Assembly: GCA_943846745.1 (NCBI GenBank)
Contig: OX044360.1
Span: forward strand, 1,225,650 to 1,289,649
Direction of reading: 5' to 3'
DNA from: an uncultured Glaciecola sp.
GTDB lineage: Bacteria; Pseudomonadota; Gammaproteobacteria; Enterobacterales; Alteromonadaceae
DNA: 64,000 nt
Every line of letters starts with the position of its first letter. Positions within the stretch are counted from its first letter, which is position 1. The position numbers and the translations under genes were made by a program. This document shows, one piece after another, positions 41,173 to 51,130 of the stretch. The notes beneath the pieces were generated by a model. That model did no database searches. It saw nothing but the letters and a program-made list of their open reading frames with translations, and was not told the DNA's origin.

Positions 41173-42951
41173 ATGACTCAAGATATGCTGCGTGGCCTTA
41201 ATCAGATAATCAACAAAGTGGCGGCTGCGTTGCCCACTAATATGCGCGCGCCACAACACACCGTTTATGATGGCCTGACCCAACAAGCCCAAACTAGGCT
41301 ACATCAACAGTTAAGCACAACAATGCACAGTGTGAATGCCGAACAGTTAGAGTTGTCTCTACAAGGTAAGCAATTGATTATTCGGCTGCCATTGGCAAAC
41401 TCAACAGAAGCACAGACTTCAGCTAAGCCTACTATGGTGTCAATCCCATTAACCGACGAGCAAGTAAAATTAATCAAAAGCTTGCTTGCTCAACAACTCA
41501 ATGCGCGCACTGCCCTAAATCAATCATCAACCTTAACGGTGTCGATCGAAGCGCTTTCTAATAACCCCGCGATAGCTAATACCAGCCTTAAGATCCCCAC
41601 CGCACAACGTACTAAAATTGCATTAGCGCTGTTAGTGCAGGCAAACCAATTAACACTATCAGGGCAAATACAAGGCACCAATAAACCCTTAGCAAATCTG
41701 CTATCACTCTTTATTGCCCCGCTAGATAAAGTGGTAAATGTCCCACTACAACGGCTTCCTGATGGGTTACAGACGTTAGTCAACAACCTCAATACAACGG
41801 GTATCACAATTAAGCCTATTTTGACCATTGACGCACAGCATAGACAGCCAACACCTGGTCAGATGTTAGCACCTATTGAATCTAGATTTGTGGATGTGCA
41901 ATTAGCACTGAATAAACACGTCATTGCAGGTAGCCTAGATACTCAACATGTGGCAACACAGACATTGTTGAAAGCGGTTAATCAACTCCATGGCGGAAAA
42001 TTGTCATTGTCTAAGAGTGAATTAACCGCAATCGTGCAGCACATCAATAGCCAAGATACCAAACCATTTCTGGATGCATTAACTTCCCCTAAATCATCCA
42101 TAACTTTAGCGCCACAACTTGATAAATTATCGATTTCCCCTGCGTCGATTGAACGCTCTTTAGCACAAGCTGGTACAGCAAAAAATTTTCCGGAAAAGAG
42201 CATAGACAGTACCAGTGAAGCTAAGACCATTATAATACGGCTGGCTACTGCGACAAAATCCACGGATATTGCATTACCTAGCGGTCTCATCAAACCATTG
42301 AGTCAGCTCATGGCGCAGAGTATATCGATGAGCAGAACGGTAGACGCCGCCAATATGACAATACCATCGACACATTCAACAACATTAAGTGGTTTGGGGT
42401 TACCACCATCTAACAATAAGACTCCAGAGACCAATTTCGATCCAGCAACCAAGTTACTAAAAGGGATCACGCGTTTATTAACCGGTCATAGCTTGCACCA
42501 AGCAGTGAGTATGGAATGGCAAACCCAGCACCCTGACAGTCAATATTTTACATTGCCAAATTTTTTATCTGGATCAAAACAACCCATCCAATTATTAATA
42601 AAACAAGAGCAACAGGCTGAATCAGAGCAATCCAACCACGTTGAGCAACAGGGCAATAAATGGCATATTTCTCTACAATTTAATATCGCCAATCCCAACG
42701 ATAAACATGACGAACCGCAAGGAACGTTATTAGCCAAAGCAACCTTACAGGCACAAACTGTTAATATTTCATTATATGGTTCAACTCAAACATTATTAGA
42801 TAATATCAACCAACACAAACATGCATTAGAACAACGGTTACGACAGTTAGGATTTACAGTTGAAGCACAACCGGCTTATCAGGGTGTGATTAATGACAGC
42901 TTAGTCGATTGGCCTAAGCCCATTCGTCCAGCAAACGAGGTATCGGTATGA
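41173..42951 (+). CDS. FliK-like (flagellar hook-length control type) protein, stand-alone
   Basis: 592-aa Q/T/S/L-rich protein with no TM helix. The C-terminal about 90 aa (WHISLQFNI ... TVNISLYGSTQTLLDNINQHKHALEQRLRQLGFTVE) follows the pattern of the FliK C-terminal domain. It is translationally coupled (ATGA) to a FlhB-C-terminal homologue. Confidence 0.5.
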   Translation: MTQDMLRGLNQIINKVAAALPTNMRAPQHTVYDGLTQQAQTRLHQQLSTTMHSVNAEQLELSLQGKQLIIRLPLANSTEAQTSAKPTMVSIPLTDEQVKLIKSLLAQQLNARTALNQSSTLTVSIEALSNNPAIANTSLKIPTAQRTKIALALLVQANQLTLSGQIQGTNKPLANLLSLFIAPLDKVVNVPLQRLPDGLQTLVNNLNTTGITIKPILTIDAQHRQPTPGQMLAPIESRFVDVQLALNKHVIAGSLDTQHVATQTLLKAVNQLHGGKLSLSKSELTAIVQHINSQDTKPFLDALTSPKSSITLAPQLDKLSISPASIERSLAQAGTAKNFPEKSIDSTSEAKTIIIRLATATKSTDIALPSGLIKPLSQLMAQSISMSRTVDAANMTIPSTHSTTLSGLGLPPSNNKTPETNFDPATKLLKGITRLLTGHSLHQAVSMEWQTQHPDSQYFTLPNFLSGSKQPIQLLIKQEQQAESEQSNHVEQQGNKWHISLQFNIANPNDKHDEPQGTLLAKATLQAQTVNISLYGSTQTLLDNINQHKHALEQRLRQLGFTVEAQPAYQGVINDSLVDWPKPIRPANEVSV

Positions 42952-43280
42952 AATCCCACACTTCAGGTAGCAAAGCAGGTGCGTATACGAAGCATGCCGC
43001 CGCACTGAGATATGATCCACAACATCACTCAGCTCCTACCGTTGTCGCCAAAGGTGAGAATGTGCTGGCGGAAGAAATCATCGCATTAGCACGAGCACAT
43101 GGCGTGTTGATTCATGAAGATCCACATTTAGCCGAAGTGCTTAATTCGCTTGAGATTGGACAAAACGTGCCACAAGAAATTTTTATTGTTGTGGCTGAAC
43201 TCATTGCCTTTTCCTATGTACTGCAAGGCAAATTCCCAAAAAACTGGCACGGTCATCAGCCAATTAATACTGAAGCCTAA
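42948..43280 (+). CDS. FlhB/EscU C-terminal-domain-only protein (YlqH-like)
   Basis: ALRYDPQHHSAPTVVAKGENVLAEEIIALARAHGVLIHEDPHLAEVL aligns with the FlhB cytoplasmic segment just after the NPTH autocleavage site (..AVALQYD...SAPKVVAKG...IREIA..H.VPI.E.PPLARAL). There are no TM segments, and the NPTH position reads YTKH. Confidence 0.8.
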   Translation: MKSHTSGSKAGAYTKHAAALRYDPQHHSAPTVVAKGENVLAEEIIALARAHGVLIHEDPHLAEVLNSLEIGQNVPQEIFIVVAELIAFSYVLQGKFPKNWHGHQPINTEA

Positions 43281-43317
43281 TGTAGTCAGACAGCGAAGCA
43301 CACCGACCGCACCCTTT

Positions 43318-43626
43318 TTATATGATGCCTTGCTGTATTATCGGGACCAACCAGTAACGGATCTGTCCTTGAGACACCCGTTTTAATTGATCTAACACGA
43401 CAGACGTGTGGAGTGCCGAATGCACAATCTCAAAACGATAAAATCCTCTATACCCCTCAACTTGTTCGCGGATACTATACTGACTATGCTCTTTACTAAA
43501 GCCTTGGATGTCAAACAAACTGAACCCGCTAATCATCTCTAGCCCCATTAATACATCTACTACATCATCTTTTAGTAGTTCCGGCACCACTGCCATTAAG
43601 ATTAAGCCTTGTTGCTCAGTTTGCAT
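43318..43626 (-). CDS. small cytoplasmic protein coupled to the RND pump (DUF3240-like by recollection)
   Basis: 102 aa, no signal peptide. The start overlaps the RND gene stop by 11 nt. Confidence 0.6.
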   Translation of the reverse strand: MQTEQQGLILMAVVPELLKDDVVDVLMGLEMISGFSLFDIQGFSKEHSQYSIREQVEGYRGFYRFEIVHSALHTSVVLDQLKRVSQGQIRYWLVPIIQQGII

Positions 43627-46600
43627 AACGTTTCTCCAACCAAATATAAAATACCGGGATTAAAAATAACGTGGTAAAAGTAGAAGTAAAAAGGCCCCCA
43701 ATGACCACTATCGCTAACGGTTTTTGGATCTCCGCGCCAGGTCCTGTAGCTATCACTAATGGCATCAACCCAAACATCGCCGTTAATGCCGTCATTAATA
43801 CCGGACGCAAGCGCTGTTTAGCACCATTAACCACCCGTAGTGACAAATCTTGAACTTGCGCCTTGGTTTGTTCAAAGTAACTGAGCATGACCACTCCATT
43901 TAAAACTGCAACACCTAACAAGGCGATAAATCCTACCGACGCAGGAACCGACAAAAATTCACCACTAAGATACAAGGCTATAATGCCCCCCATAATGGCA
44001 AAAGGAATATTTGCCAAAATCAAACTCGCTTTAGCCAAGGAACCAAATGTGGTGAACAAGATAATTAAAATCAAGCCTAATGCCATGGGGACAACCAATA
44101 ATAAATTATTCGTCGCGCGTTGTTGATTTTCAAACTCGCCTCCAAAGGTAATGCTATAGCCTACCGGTAACGTAATCTGTTGATTTACATTGAGCTGTAA
44201 TTCATCAACAAAACTCACAATGTCTCGCCCAGTGACATTAGACGTTACGACAGCAAAGCGATTACTATTTTCTCGTTCAATTAAAATCGGACCTTGCTTA
44301 AAAGAAATATCTGCAATCATCTCTAAAGGCAATAATGAGGCATCGGGTAATAAAATGTTCATGCGTTTGATTTGAGCAATATTCGTTGGTTTAATCTGGT
44401 GACCGTCACTTAAGCCAAACACAATGGGCGTTTTTTTCTTGCCTTGGATCAGCGTTGAGACGGTTAACGTTTCCAGCTGACTCTTAATTAGCGTTGCCAG
44501 TTGTGCTGTCGTCATATTATGTTGCAACGCAATATCCGGTTTTAGCGTGATATTTAAAAAATCGCCACCTTCAATCACCGCAGCATTTACATCGACACTA
44601 CCTGCTATATTTTTGGTTAAGGCACTAATATCATGTGCTATATGTGCCAAGCTCGGAATATCATCGCCAAAAATCTTAATCGTTACGGCACCGGTGCTCC
44701 CGGTCAACATTTCAGATACACGCATTTGGATTGGCTGTGTGAAGCCCACATTAATCCCTGGAAACTCAGCAAGCACATCTCGAATAGCCTCAATCAACTC
44801 GTTTTTAGTGGCAAACCGCCATTGCTCCATGGGTTGTAATTCCATGAATACATCTGTTTCATTTAAGCTCATCGGATCGAGTCCTATTTCATCAGAACCC
44901 ACTCTTGCGACAATTTGTTTAATTTCAGGAATCTGTGCCAAGAGGGCTTGTTCGATTTGAATATCTAAATCGGTTGACGCTTGCAGTGAAATACTCGGAG
45001 ATTTTTCTAGTTGAACAATAATATCGCCTTCATCTAATACAGGCATAAAGGTTTTACCTAAAGAGGTAAACAACACGCCACTACTTAACAATAATGCTAT
45101 CGCCACAATTATCATCGGGAGCGGAGCCGCTAAGGTACGTTGCAATAATGCTTGATACCTAACTTGTAGTGCTTGCACAAATTTTGGCTCAGTGACGGCA
45201 TGACGGCTTAATAAAAATGAGGTGAAAGCAGGAATGACGGTTAATGATAGAAGTAGTGAAGAGATCATTGCAAAGACAATCGTCACCGCAACCGGCGTAA
45301 ATAATTTCCCCTCTAATCCTGTCAATGTCAGTAACGGAGAAAACACGATGATGACAATAATGGTCCCAGATACTACTGGCGTAGCCACCTCTTTGCATGC
45401 ACGAAATATCAAATGTAATTTAGGTAACGACGCATTTTTTTGCATGGCATTAACTGTATTTTCGACGACCACGACCGAAGCATCAACTAGCATACCTATT
45501 GCAATGACTAATCCTCCTAAACTCATGAGGTTGGCAGTAAAACCAAATTGTTCCATCAATAAAAAGGTACAGGCAGCGGAAAAAGGCAACACGAGTGACA
45601 CGGCAACGGCAGCACGAACATCGCCTAAAAATAATGAAAGCACCACTACAACCAACAATATTGCAATCAGTAATGCTTCTTCAATCGTCCCAATCGCTTT
45701 GTCTATGAGGTTTTTACGATTATAAAACACATTAATACTTGAGTCTTTGGGTAACGTCGCTTCGATTTGTTGCAGTTTTTGTGTCACTAGTTCAATTACC
45801 TGGGCGGTATTCGAATCTTTAAGGGCTATGACTATCGCTTCAGTTGTTTCTTGACCATTGCGAGTCACTGAACCATATCGTGTTAAATGACCTTGGGATA
45901 CTTCGGCAATGTCACGCAAACGGATTACACTACCTAAATGCACAGCGATCACCATATCATTGAGCTGCGCAAGATCGTTCACACGCCCCTCACTGCGCAC
46001 AATCAACGTATCATTGCCGATATTAATGCGTCCAACATTACCATTTTGATTGCTGTCATTGACCACGTTCGCCAGTTCTTCTAGCGACATCTGGATACGT
46101 GCTAATTTAAGTAGATCAGGACTGATTTGATACGTTTTGGCAAACCCGCCTAATATATTGACATCTGCAACGCCATCGATAGTGCGTAGTAAAGGACGAA
46201 TTTCCCATTCTAAAATTTGTCGACGTTCAATCAATGACAGATTGGGGTTTTCCAGTGAAAACATAAACATTTCACTCAGGGGAGTACTCATCGGTGCGAC
46301 ACCGCCTTCAAGCCCTGGGGGTAAGTTAGGCATAATATTCGCCAAGCGTTCTGCAACCTGTTGCCTAGCCCAATAAATATCCGTCCCTTCTACAAAGTCT
46401 AACGTAATATCTGTGATGGCATATTTGGTCGTCGAACGTAAGATTTGTTGCTTAGGGATCCCTAATAATTCGGTTTCTATGGGTAGAGTTACCTGCGCTT
46501 CAATTTCTTCTGCGGTCATACCGGGCGCTTTGAGTATCACTTTTACCTGTGTAGGAGCGATATCTGGAAATGCATCAATGGGTAATGCAAACCAAGCTGA

Positions 46601-46684
46601 TGTGCCTGCCAGCAAAATAAAGAGCGAAATAATAACTACAAATACACGTTGGATTAATGAAAATCGAATAATACCCGCTAGCAT
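43616..46684 (-). CDS. CusA/CzcA-family heavy-metal efflux RND permease
   Basis: 1022 aa, 12-TM RND architecture. N-terminus IIRFSLIQRVFVVIISL ... PIDAFPDIAPTQVKV and the TM4 motif AIGMLVDASVVVVEN are typical of the HME-RND subfamily. Confidence 0.9.
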   Translation of the reverse strand: MLAGIIRFSLIQRVFVVIISLFILLAGTSAWFALPIDAFPDIAPTQVKVILKAPGMTAEEIEAQVTLPIETELLGIPKQQILRSTTKYAITDITLDFVEGTDIYWARQQVAERLANIMPNLPPGLEGGVAPMSTPLSEMFMFSLENPNLSLIERRQILEWEIRPLLRTIDGVADVNILGGFAKTYQISPDLLKLARIQMSLEELANVVNDSNQNGNVGRINIGNDTLIVRSEGRVNDLAQLNDMVIAVHLGSVIRLRDIAEVSQGHLTRYGSVTRNGQETTEAIVIALKDSNTAQVIELVTQKLQQIEATLPKDSSINVFYNRKNLIDKAIGTIEEALLIAILLVVVVLSLFLGDVRAAVAVSLVLPFSAACTFLLMEQFGFTANLMSLGGLVIAIGMLVDASVVVVENTVNAMQKNASLPKLHLIFRACKEVATPVVSGTIIVIIVFSPLLTLTGLEGKLFTPVAVTIVFAMISSLLLSLTVIPAFTSFLLSRHAVTEPKFVQALQVRYQALLQRTLAAPLPMIIVAIALLLSSGVLFTSLGKTFMPVLDEGDIIVQLEKSPSISLQASTDLDIQIEQALLAQIPEIKQIVARVGSDEIGLDPMSLNETDVFMELQPMEQWRFATKNELIEAIRDVLAEFPGINVGFTQPIQMRVSEMLTGSTGAVTIKIFGDDIPSLAHIAHDISALTKNIAGSVDVNAAVIEGGDFLNITLKPDIALQHNMTTAQLATLIKSQLETLTVSTLIQGKKKTPIVFGLSDGHQIKPTNIAQIKRMNILLPDASLLPLEMIADISFKQGPILIERENSNRFAVVTSNVTGRDIVSFVDELQLNVNQQITLPVGYSITFGGEFENQQRATNNLLLVVPMALGLILIILFTTFGSLAKASLILANIPFAIMGGIIALYLSGEFLSVPASVGFIALLGVAVLNGVVMLSYFEQTKAQVQDLSLRVVNGAKQRLRPVLMTALTAMFGLMPLVIATGPGAEIQKPLAIVVIGGLFTSTFTTLFLIPVFYIWLEKRYAN

Positions 46685-46685
46685 A

Positions 46686-47774
46686 TTATTCCCCCAACCC
46701 TAACAAAACACCTTGAACGGCACTCACTGATGTCGTTAAAATCAACTTATTTGCGAGCGACTGTTGCGCTGTTACAATATACATCTGCTGTTCACTGGCA
46801 AGTAAATCAACTTTTACCGCAGTGTAACTGTCTGCTTCTTTTACCCAAATGTAACTCTGCCCTTCCCAAGAGAACACACTGTCTTGGCTAATTTGATAAG
46901 CTTGAGTGTAATATTGTGGGATCAACGATACTTGCTCTCCTAATTTCAAGTTACAGTTTGTGGTAATCGGCGCTGACCAGATGCTTTGGTAAAATTGCTC
47001 TATACGCTGATCGCGCTGACTTATCTCTAACATGCAATGGGGTAATTGGATTGTCTTTATCTTTAGCGCATTCTCCGCCGCTGCGCTCAGCCGATTGGCA
47101 ACCGGTACATTAATATGCACTCGAACCGCATTTTCCGGCACAAAGCGACCAATAATTTCATCGATATTCAATGCTGCTGGGCTATCATATATAACGTGTC
47201 CAGCAATAGGTGCCCCAATCGTTAATGAGTCTTGTTCTTCATCAACGTGCGTCACATAAGCAAAAAAATGTTCATATTCGTCATAAGCTAGTTTAATTTT
47301 ATAATATTGCTCTGTGATTGCTAACCAATCACTTTCATTGATTGATTTGTTTTTAAACAAACGTTGGTTGTTTACATATAGCGTCTGGCTTTGTGTGTGT
47401 AGCTGCTGATAGATTTTATATTGCGCATAATAGTGATGCACTTCAGGACCTATCAACTTAACAAAGTCTTCTCCTGCTTTAATGACTGTGCCAGGGGGCC
47501 GCACATATACCGCTTGTTGAATATTCATGGGTGCTTTGAGTACATAAGCCTGCCCTGGTAATTCACTGACTGTGCCTAGTAATTGGCTCCCAGAAAAATG
47601 AGTGATAGCGGTGACTGTTTGTGTTTGTTGCTGTAAAGCACCAAGTTGTTGCACACTTACTTTTAGGCTCGTTTGTGACTCCGCATGCAGGGGTGCCACA
47701 AGTAGGATGCTTACCAACATGACTGACACAGATAACTGCAAGCTGCGGAATGTAGTTGATTCTAATCGCTTCAT
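46686..47774 (-). CDS. efflux RND periplasmic adaptor (membrane fusion protein)
   Basis: 362 aa with a signal peptide. The call rests on its position between the outer-membrane factor and the RND pump; the sequence itself is divergent. Confidence 0.65.
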   Translation of the reverse strand: MKRLESTTFRSLQLSVSVMLVSILLVAPLHAESQTSLKVSVQQLGALQQQTQTVTAITHFSGSQLLGTVSELPGQAYVLKAPMNIQQAVYVRPPGTVIKAGEDFVKLIGPEVHHYYAQYKIYQQLHTQSQTLYVNNQRLFKNKSINESDWLAITEQYYKIKLAYDEYEHFFAYVTHVDEEQDSLTIGAPIAGHVIYDSPAALNIDEIIGRFVPENAVRVHINVPVANRLSAAAENALKIKTIQLPHCMLEISQRDQRIEQFYQSIWSAPITTNCNLKLGEQVSLIPQYYTQAYQISQDSVFSWEGQSYIWVKEADSYTAVKVDLLASEQQMYIVTAQQSLANKLILTTSVSAVQGVLLGLGE

Positions 47775-49063
47775 AATGAATGTCCTTGTGCCTGATTAAT
47801 CGCTGCTATTTGGCGATTAATCGCAAGTTGATTAAGGGTAATAGTCGTTTGGGCGCTAAACAATTCGATAAGGTTACGAATATGTACAACTTGATTTTGG
47901 GTATTCGAGGCCAGCATGGTCGTAATGGACAACTCTAATTTTTCTAATGTTTCCCTATTTTTATCTAATAAATGTTGTTTTTTAAGTAAAAAATCATACT
48001 CCGATATCTGAGTTTGTGAATCAGCGAGTATTTTGGTGAGTAGTTGATTACGTGTCACGGAATAATTGAGTTTGGCTTGGCTTAACTCATTACGTTGTGA
48101 AATTGATAACTCATGACCAATCGTGATTGGAATATCAACACCCACACCAATTTGATTATCCGAAAAATTAACACCTTCGACTCTTTTTGCGGCAAGCTGT
48201 ACACTCCATGCTTGGGCTGACTGACTTTGCCCTTGCTGGGCTTGGCTTAATGTCTGCCACTCAAGATCCAGTGCTTGTATAGCTGGATGCTGTGCCGTAG
48301 ACAACTCAACGTTATGTGTAGTAAAGCCCTCAAGTGTATTCTCAGGTAATGACTTCAACCCAGTCAACTGCTGATACTGCTTCAGCGTAAACGCTAATTT
48401 TCGTGTATATTCTAAGTGCCCAATTTGACTATCATTGACCTCTTTTTGTAGTAAAAACAATGCATACTGCGGCAGCGCATTCAGTTCTGCCATTTGGGTA
48501 TACTGCGCGAGTAACTCTGTTAATACCATTGCTTTACGTTGAGCTGCATTGACTAATATATCCGTTTCTTGATAGTCCCAAATCAATGTGCGAATGAGTC
48601 CAGAGTAATATAATTCTTGTTGCTGCTGAGCCAGAGTGTTCATCCTTTCTCTATTTTTCGTACTGAGCGCATCGATTTCACGTTGAAGTTTAGATTTAAT
48701 AGGCAAAGAAACACTCAATTGAGCTTCCTTATCGGCATCCTCGGTCTGATTATGCATGTATAACAACGACAGTATTGGACTCGAATCAAGCCAAACAAGC
48801 GATCTCTCATTGTCATTATCTTGGTGAAGATTCAATAAATCGACCCGACCTTGTGTCGCCAATGTTGCCGCTAATATATCTTGTAACGATAATTTTGGGT
48901 TAAATGTTTGTGTCGCATTGTTACTATTAGTACGGTCAATATGGGTAGTATCACTATTATTAATACTGTCCTTGGCACTCACGATGCCCGATACCAATAC
49001 ACTCATGATCCCAATAAATACTGTAGCAAAGATGGTTTGTGCTGATGAACTAAACGTTTTCAC
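47771..49063 (-). CDS. TolC/CzcC-family outer-membrane efflux protein
   Basis: 430 aa. GTG start preceded by GAGG, signal peptide, and a coiled-coil-rich repeat architecture typical of outer-membrane factors. First gene of the three-gene pump operon, with a 4-nt overlap onto the next gene. Confidence 0.7.
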   Translation of the reverse strand: MKTFSSSAQTIFATVFIGIMSVLVSGIVSAKDSINNSDTTHIDRTNSNNATQTFNPKLSLQDILAATLATQGRVDLLNLHQDNDNERSLVWLDSSPILSLLYMHNQTEDADKEAQLSVSLPIKSKLQREIDALSTKNRERMNTLAQQQQELYYSGLIRTLIWDYQETDILVNAAQRKAMVLTELLAQYTQMAELNALPQYALFLLQKEVNDSQIGHLEYTRKLAFTLKQYQQLTGLKSLPENTLEGFTTHNVELSTAQHPAIQALDLEWQTLSQAQQGQSQSAQAWSVQLAAKRVEGVNFSDNQIGVGVDIPITIGHELSISQRNELSQAKLNYSVTRNQLLTKILADSQTQISEYDFLLKKQHLLDKNRETLEKLELSITTMLASNTQNQVVHIRNLIELFSAQTTITLNQLAINRQIAAINQAQGHSL

Positions 49064-49313
49064 TAAAACCTCATTTATTAATAATTTGAATTAATTCTAT
49101 TTCATAGGAATTATATTATCTATATACATCTGTATGATATGCACGTCCACATAAGGCAACCATACAATGCGCGAAAGATTGATCACTGCAATCTTAATCA
49201 TCATGATACTAAATGGTACAGATGTGTTTGTTGATATAGGTCTATAAGTGCCCTTTTGGAATATTGTATAAGAAGCAACGGTTCGTCAACAATCCTCTAA
49301 TTTTTATTAACCA

Positions 49314-49352
49314 TAAAAAAACCGCAATCAGTGTCAAACATGATTGCGGTTT
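49314..49352 (-). terminator. rho-independent terminator after recA
   Basis: Minus strand reads AACCGCAATCA-tgtttgacac-TGATTGCGGTT followed by TTTTTTT, 20 nt after the recA stop. Confidence 0.85.
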
Positions 49353-49370
49353 TAAATGAGTGAGAAGTGT

Positions 49371-50414
49371 TTATGCTTCTTCTTGGCCTTCGACTTCTTC
49401 TGCTTTTTCGTCAGAAGGTTTGGCTTTACATAACATTTCTGCACGGATACGATGCTCGATATCATCCGCCATCGCTGTATGTTCTTTAAGATATTTCACT
49501 ACGTTAGCTTTGCCTTGTCCGATACGCTCACCTTTGTAGCTATACCAAGCGCCAGCCTTTTCAACCATTTTAAGCTTAACACCTAAATCAATCAGTTCGG
49601 CTTGCTTTGAAATTCCTTTACCATACATGATTTGGAATTCAGCTTGTTTAAAAGGAGGGGCAACTTTATTTTTGACAACTTTGACTCTGGTCTCGTTACC
49701 CACAATTTCATCGCCATCCTTAATCGCGCCAATACGACGGATATCTAAGCGAACAGACGCATAAAATTTCAGTGCATTACCACCAGACGTAGTTTCTGGG
49801 TTACCAAACATCACACCAATTTTAAGACGGATTTGGTTGATGAAAATAACTAACGTATTAGAACGTTTGATATTACCGGTTAATTTACGCAATGCTTGGG
49901 ACATTAAGCGTGCTTGTAAACCAACATGAGAATCACCCATATCGCCTTCGATCTCAGCTTTCGGTGTCAATGCTGCAACAGAATCGATAATAACCACATC
50001 AACAGCAGCAGAACGAACTAACATGTCACAAATCTCTAGTGCTTGCTCACCTGTATCGGGTTGTGATACCAACAGCTCGTCGATATTGACGCCTAGCGCT
50101 TGGGCGTAAATAGGGTCCAATGCGTGCTCAGCATCAATAAACGCACAAGTCTTGCCTACTTTTTGTGCTTCGGCAATAACTTGCAAGGTCAACGTCGTTT
50201 TACCTGATGATTCTGGACCGTATATTTCTACCACACGACCACATGGTAAACCGCCTATACCTAGTGCAATATCAATGGTTAGAGAACCGGTTGAAATCGT
50301 ATCAACATCCATACCTTGATTATCGCCTAGACGCATAATCGAGCCTTTGCCAAATTGCTTTTCAATTTGACCTAGTGCTGCCGAGAGTGCGCGTGATTTA
50401 TTATCTTCTGCCAT
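49371..50414 (-). CDS. recA: recombinase RecA
   Basis: Unmistakable RecA sequence ([12 protein letters not shown] Walker [26 protein letters not shown]). Confidence 0.99.
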   Translation of the reverse strand: MAEDNKSRALSAALGQIEKQFGKGSIMRLGDNQGMDVDTISTGSLTIDIALGIGGLPCGRVVEIYGPESSGKTTLTLQVIAEAQKVGKTCAFIDAEHALDPIYAQALGVNIDELLVSQPDTGEQALEICDMLVRSAAVDVVIIDSVAALTPKAEIEGDMGDSHVGLQARLMSQALRKLTGNIKRSNTLVIFINQIRLKIGVMFGNPETTSGGNALKFYASVRLDIRRIGAIKDGDEIVGNETRVKVVKNKVAPPFKQAEFQIMYGKGISKQAELIDLGVKLKMVEKAGAWYSYKGERIGQGKANVVKYLKEHTAMADDIEHRIRAEMLCKAKPSDEKAEEVEGQEEA

Positions 50415-50463
50415 GTGTGCCTCAACCTTAAATGTGAGTTAGGATGTACGTGCTATGTTGTGG

Positions 50464-50493
50464 ATTATAATACTGTATAATTATACAGTGCAA
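50464..50493 (-). promoter_or_regulatory. recA promoter with embedded LexA (SOS) box
   Basis: Minus strand carries TTGCAC (-35, 50493-50488) and TATAAT (-10, 50469-50464). The palindrome CTGTATAATTATACAG at 50473-50488 matches the CTGT-N8-ACAG LexA consensus. Confidence 0.85.
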
Positions 50494-50588
50494 CAAAAAT
50501 ATTAATTATTTTCAAATCCACGTCTAAATGTGATTATTACTATAATTTATTAAAGTACGTTTGGCAGCTGTGCTTTTGATCAGTTTTG

Positions 50589-51080
50589 CTAGATTAATTG
50601 CAATATTTTTTCAATAGCAAATTCAATAGCTTGTTTGCGCACCGCTTCACGGTCACCCGCAAAACACTGCTTTGACGCATATATCTCACCAGCTAAAGCA
50701 AAACCAAACCAGACCGTACCCACGGGTTTTTCTGGACTGCCGCCATCGGGTCCGGCAACGCCACTTATACTGATCCCTATATCAGCATGGAAGTGCTCGA
50801 CAACCCCTTGAGCCATGGCAATGACTGTTTGCTCTGATACCGCGCCGAATTGTTGTAATGTACTTTCCGGCACACTTACCATTTGAGTTTTAGCTTCATT
50901 GGCGTACGTCACAACGCTACATTTAAACCATGTTGAACTTCCTGGAAGTGCAGTAAACGCATACGCCAACCCTCCTCCCGTGCAGGATTCTGCACAAGAA
51001 ATAGTCAACCCTCGCTGAATCAACACCTCAGCTAAGCGATGCAGGGCAATTTGTGTATTTTCTTTTAGATAGCTCATCAA
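50589..51080 (-). CDS. pncC: nicotinamide-nucleotide amidohydrolase PncC (CinA C-terminal domain)
   Basis: [29 protein letters not shown] and [10 protein letters not shown] align with E. coli PncC (YgaD). Sits upstream of recA as in E. coli. Confidence 0.9.
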   Translation of the reverse strand: MMSYLKENTQIALHRLAEVLIQRGLTISCAESCTGGGLAYAFTALPGSSTWFKCSVVTYANEAKTQMVSVPESTLQQFGAVSEQTVIAMAQGVVEHFHADIGISISGVAGPDGGSPEKPVGTVWFGFALAGEIYASKQCFAGDREAVRKQAIEFAIEKILQLI

Positions 51081-51130
51081 AATATTGGTATGCTTATAGT
51101 ATTGATTATTTAGTTAAGTATAAAAATAAA

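Noticed and set aside
45222-45725. 167-aa plus-strand ORF inside the RND pump gene. Similar long antisense or alternate-frame ORFs occur at 10531-10947, 14400-14732, 17170-17532, 33841-34230, 39925-40257, 44547-44960, 51736-52107, 63036-63347 and 12-218.
   Set aside because: All lie entirely within well-supported conserved genes, on the opposite strand or in another frame. They have low-complexity, family-less translations. They are typical shadow ORFs of AT-rich genomes.
49120-49140. CTGTATGATATGCACG, considered as a second LexA box upstream of the efflux operon.
   Set aside because: The right half is CACG rather than ACAG, so it does not satisfy CTGT-N8-ACAG. Only the recA box at 50473-50488 is convincing.
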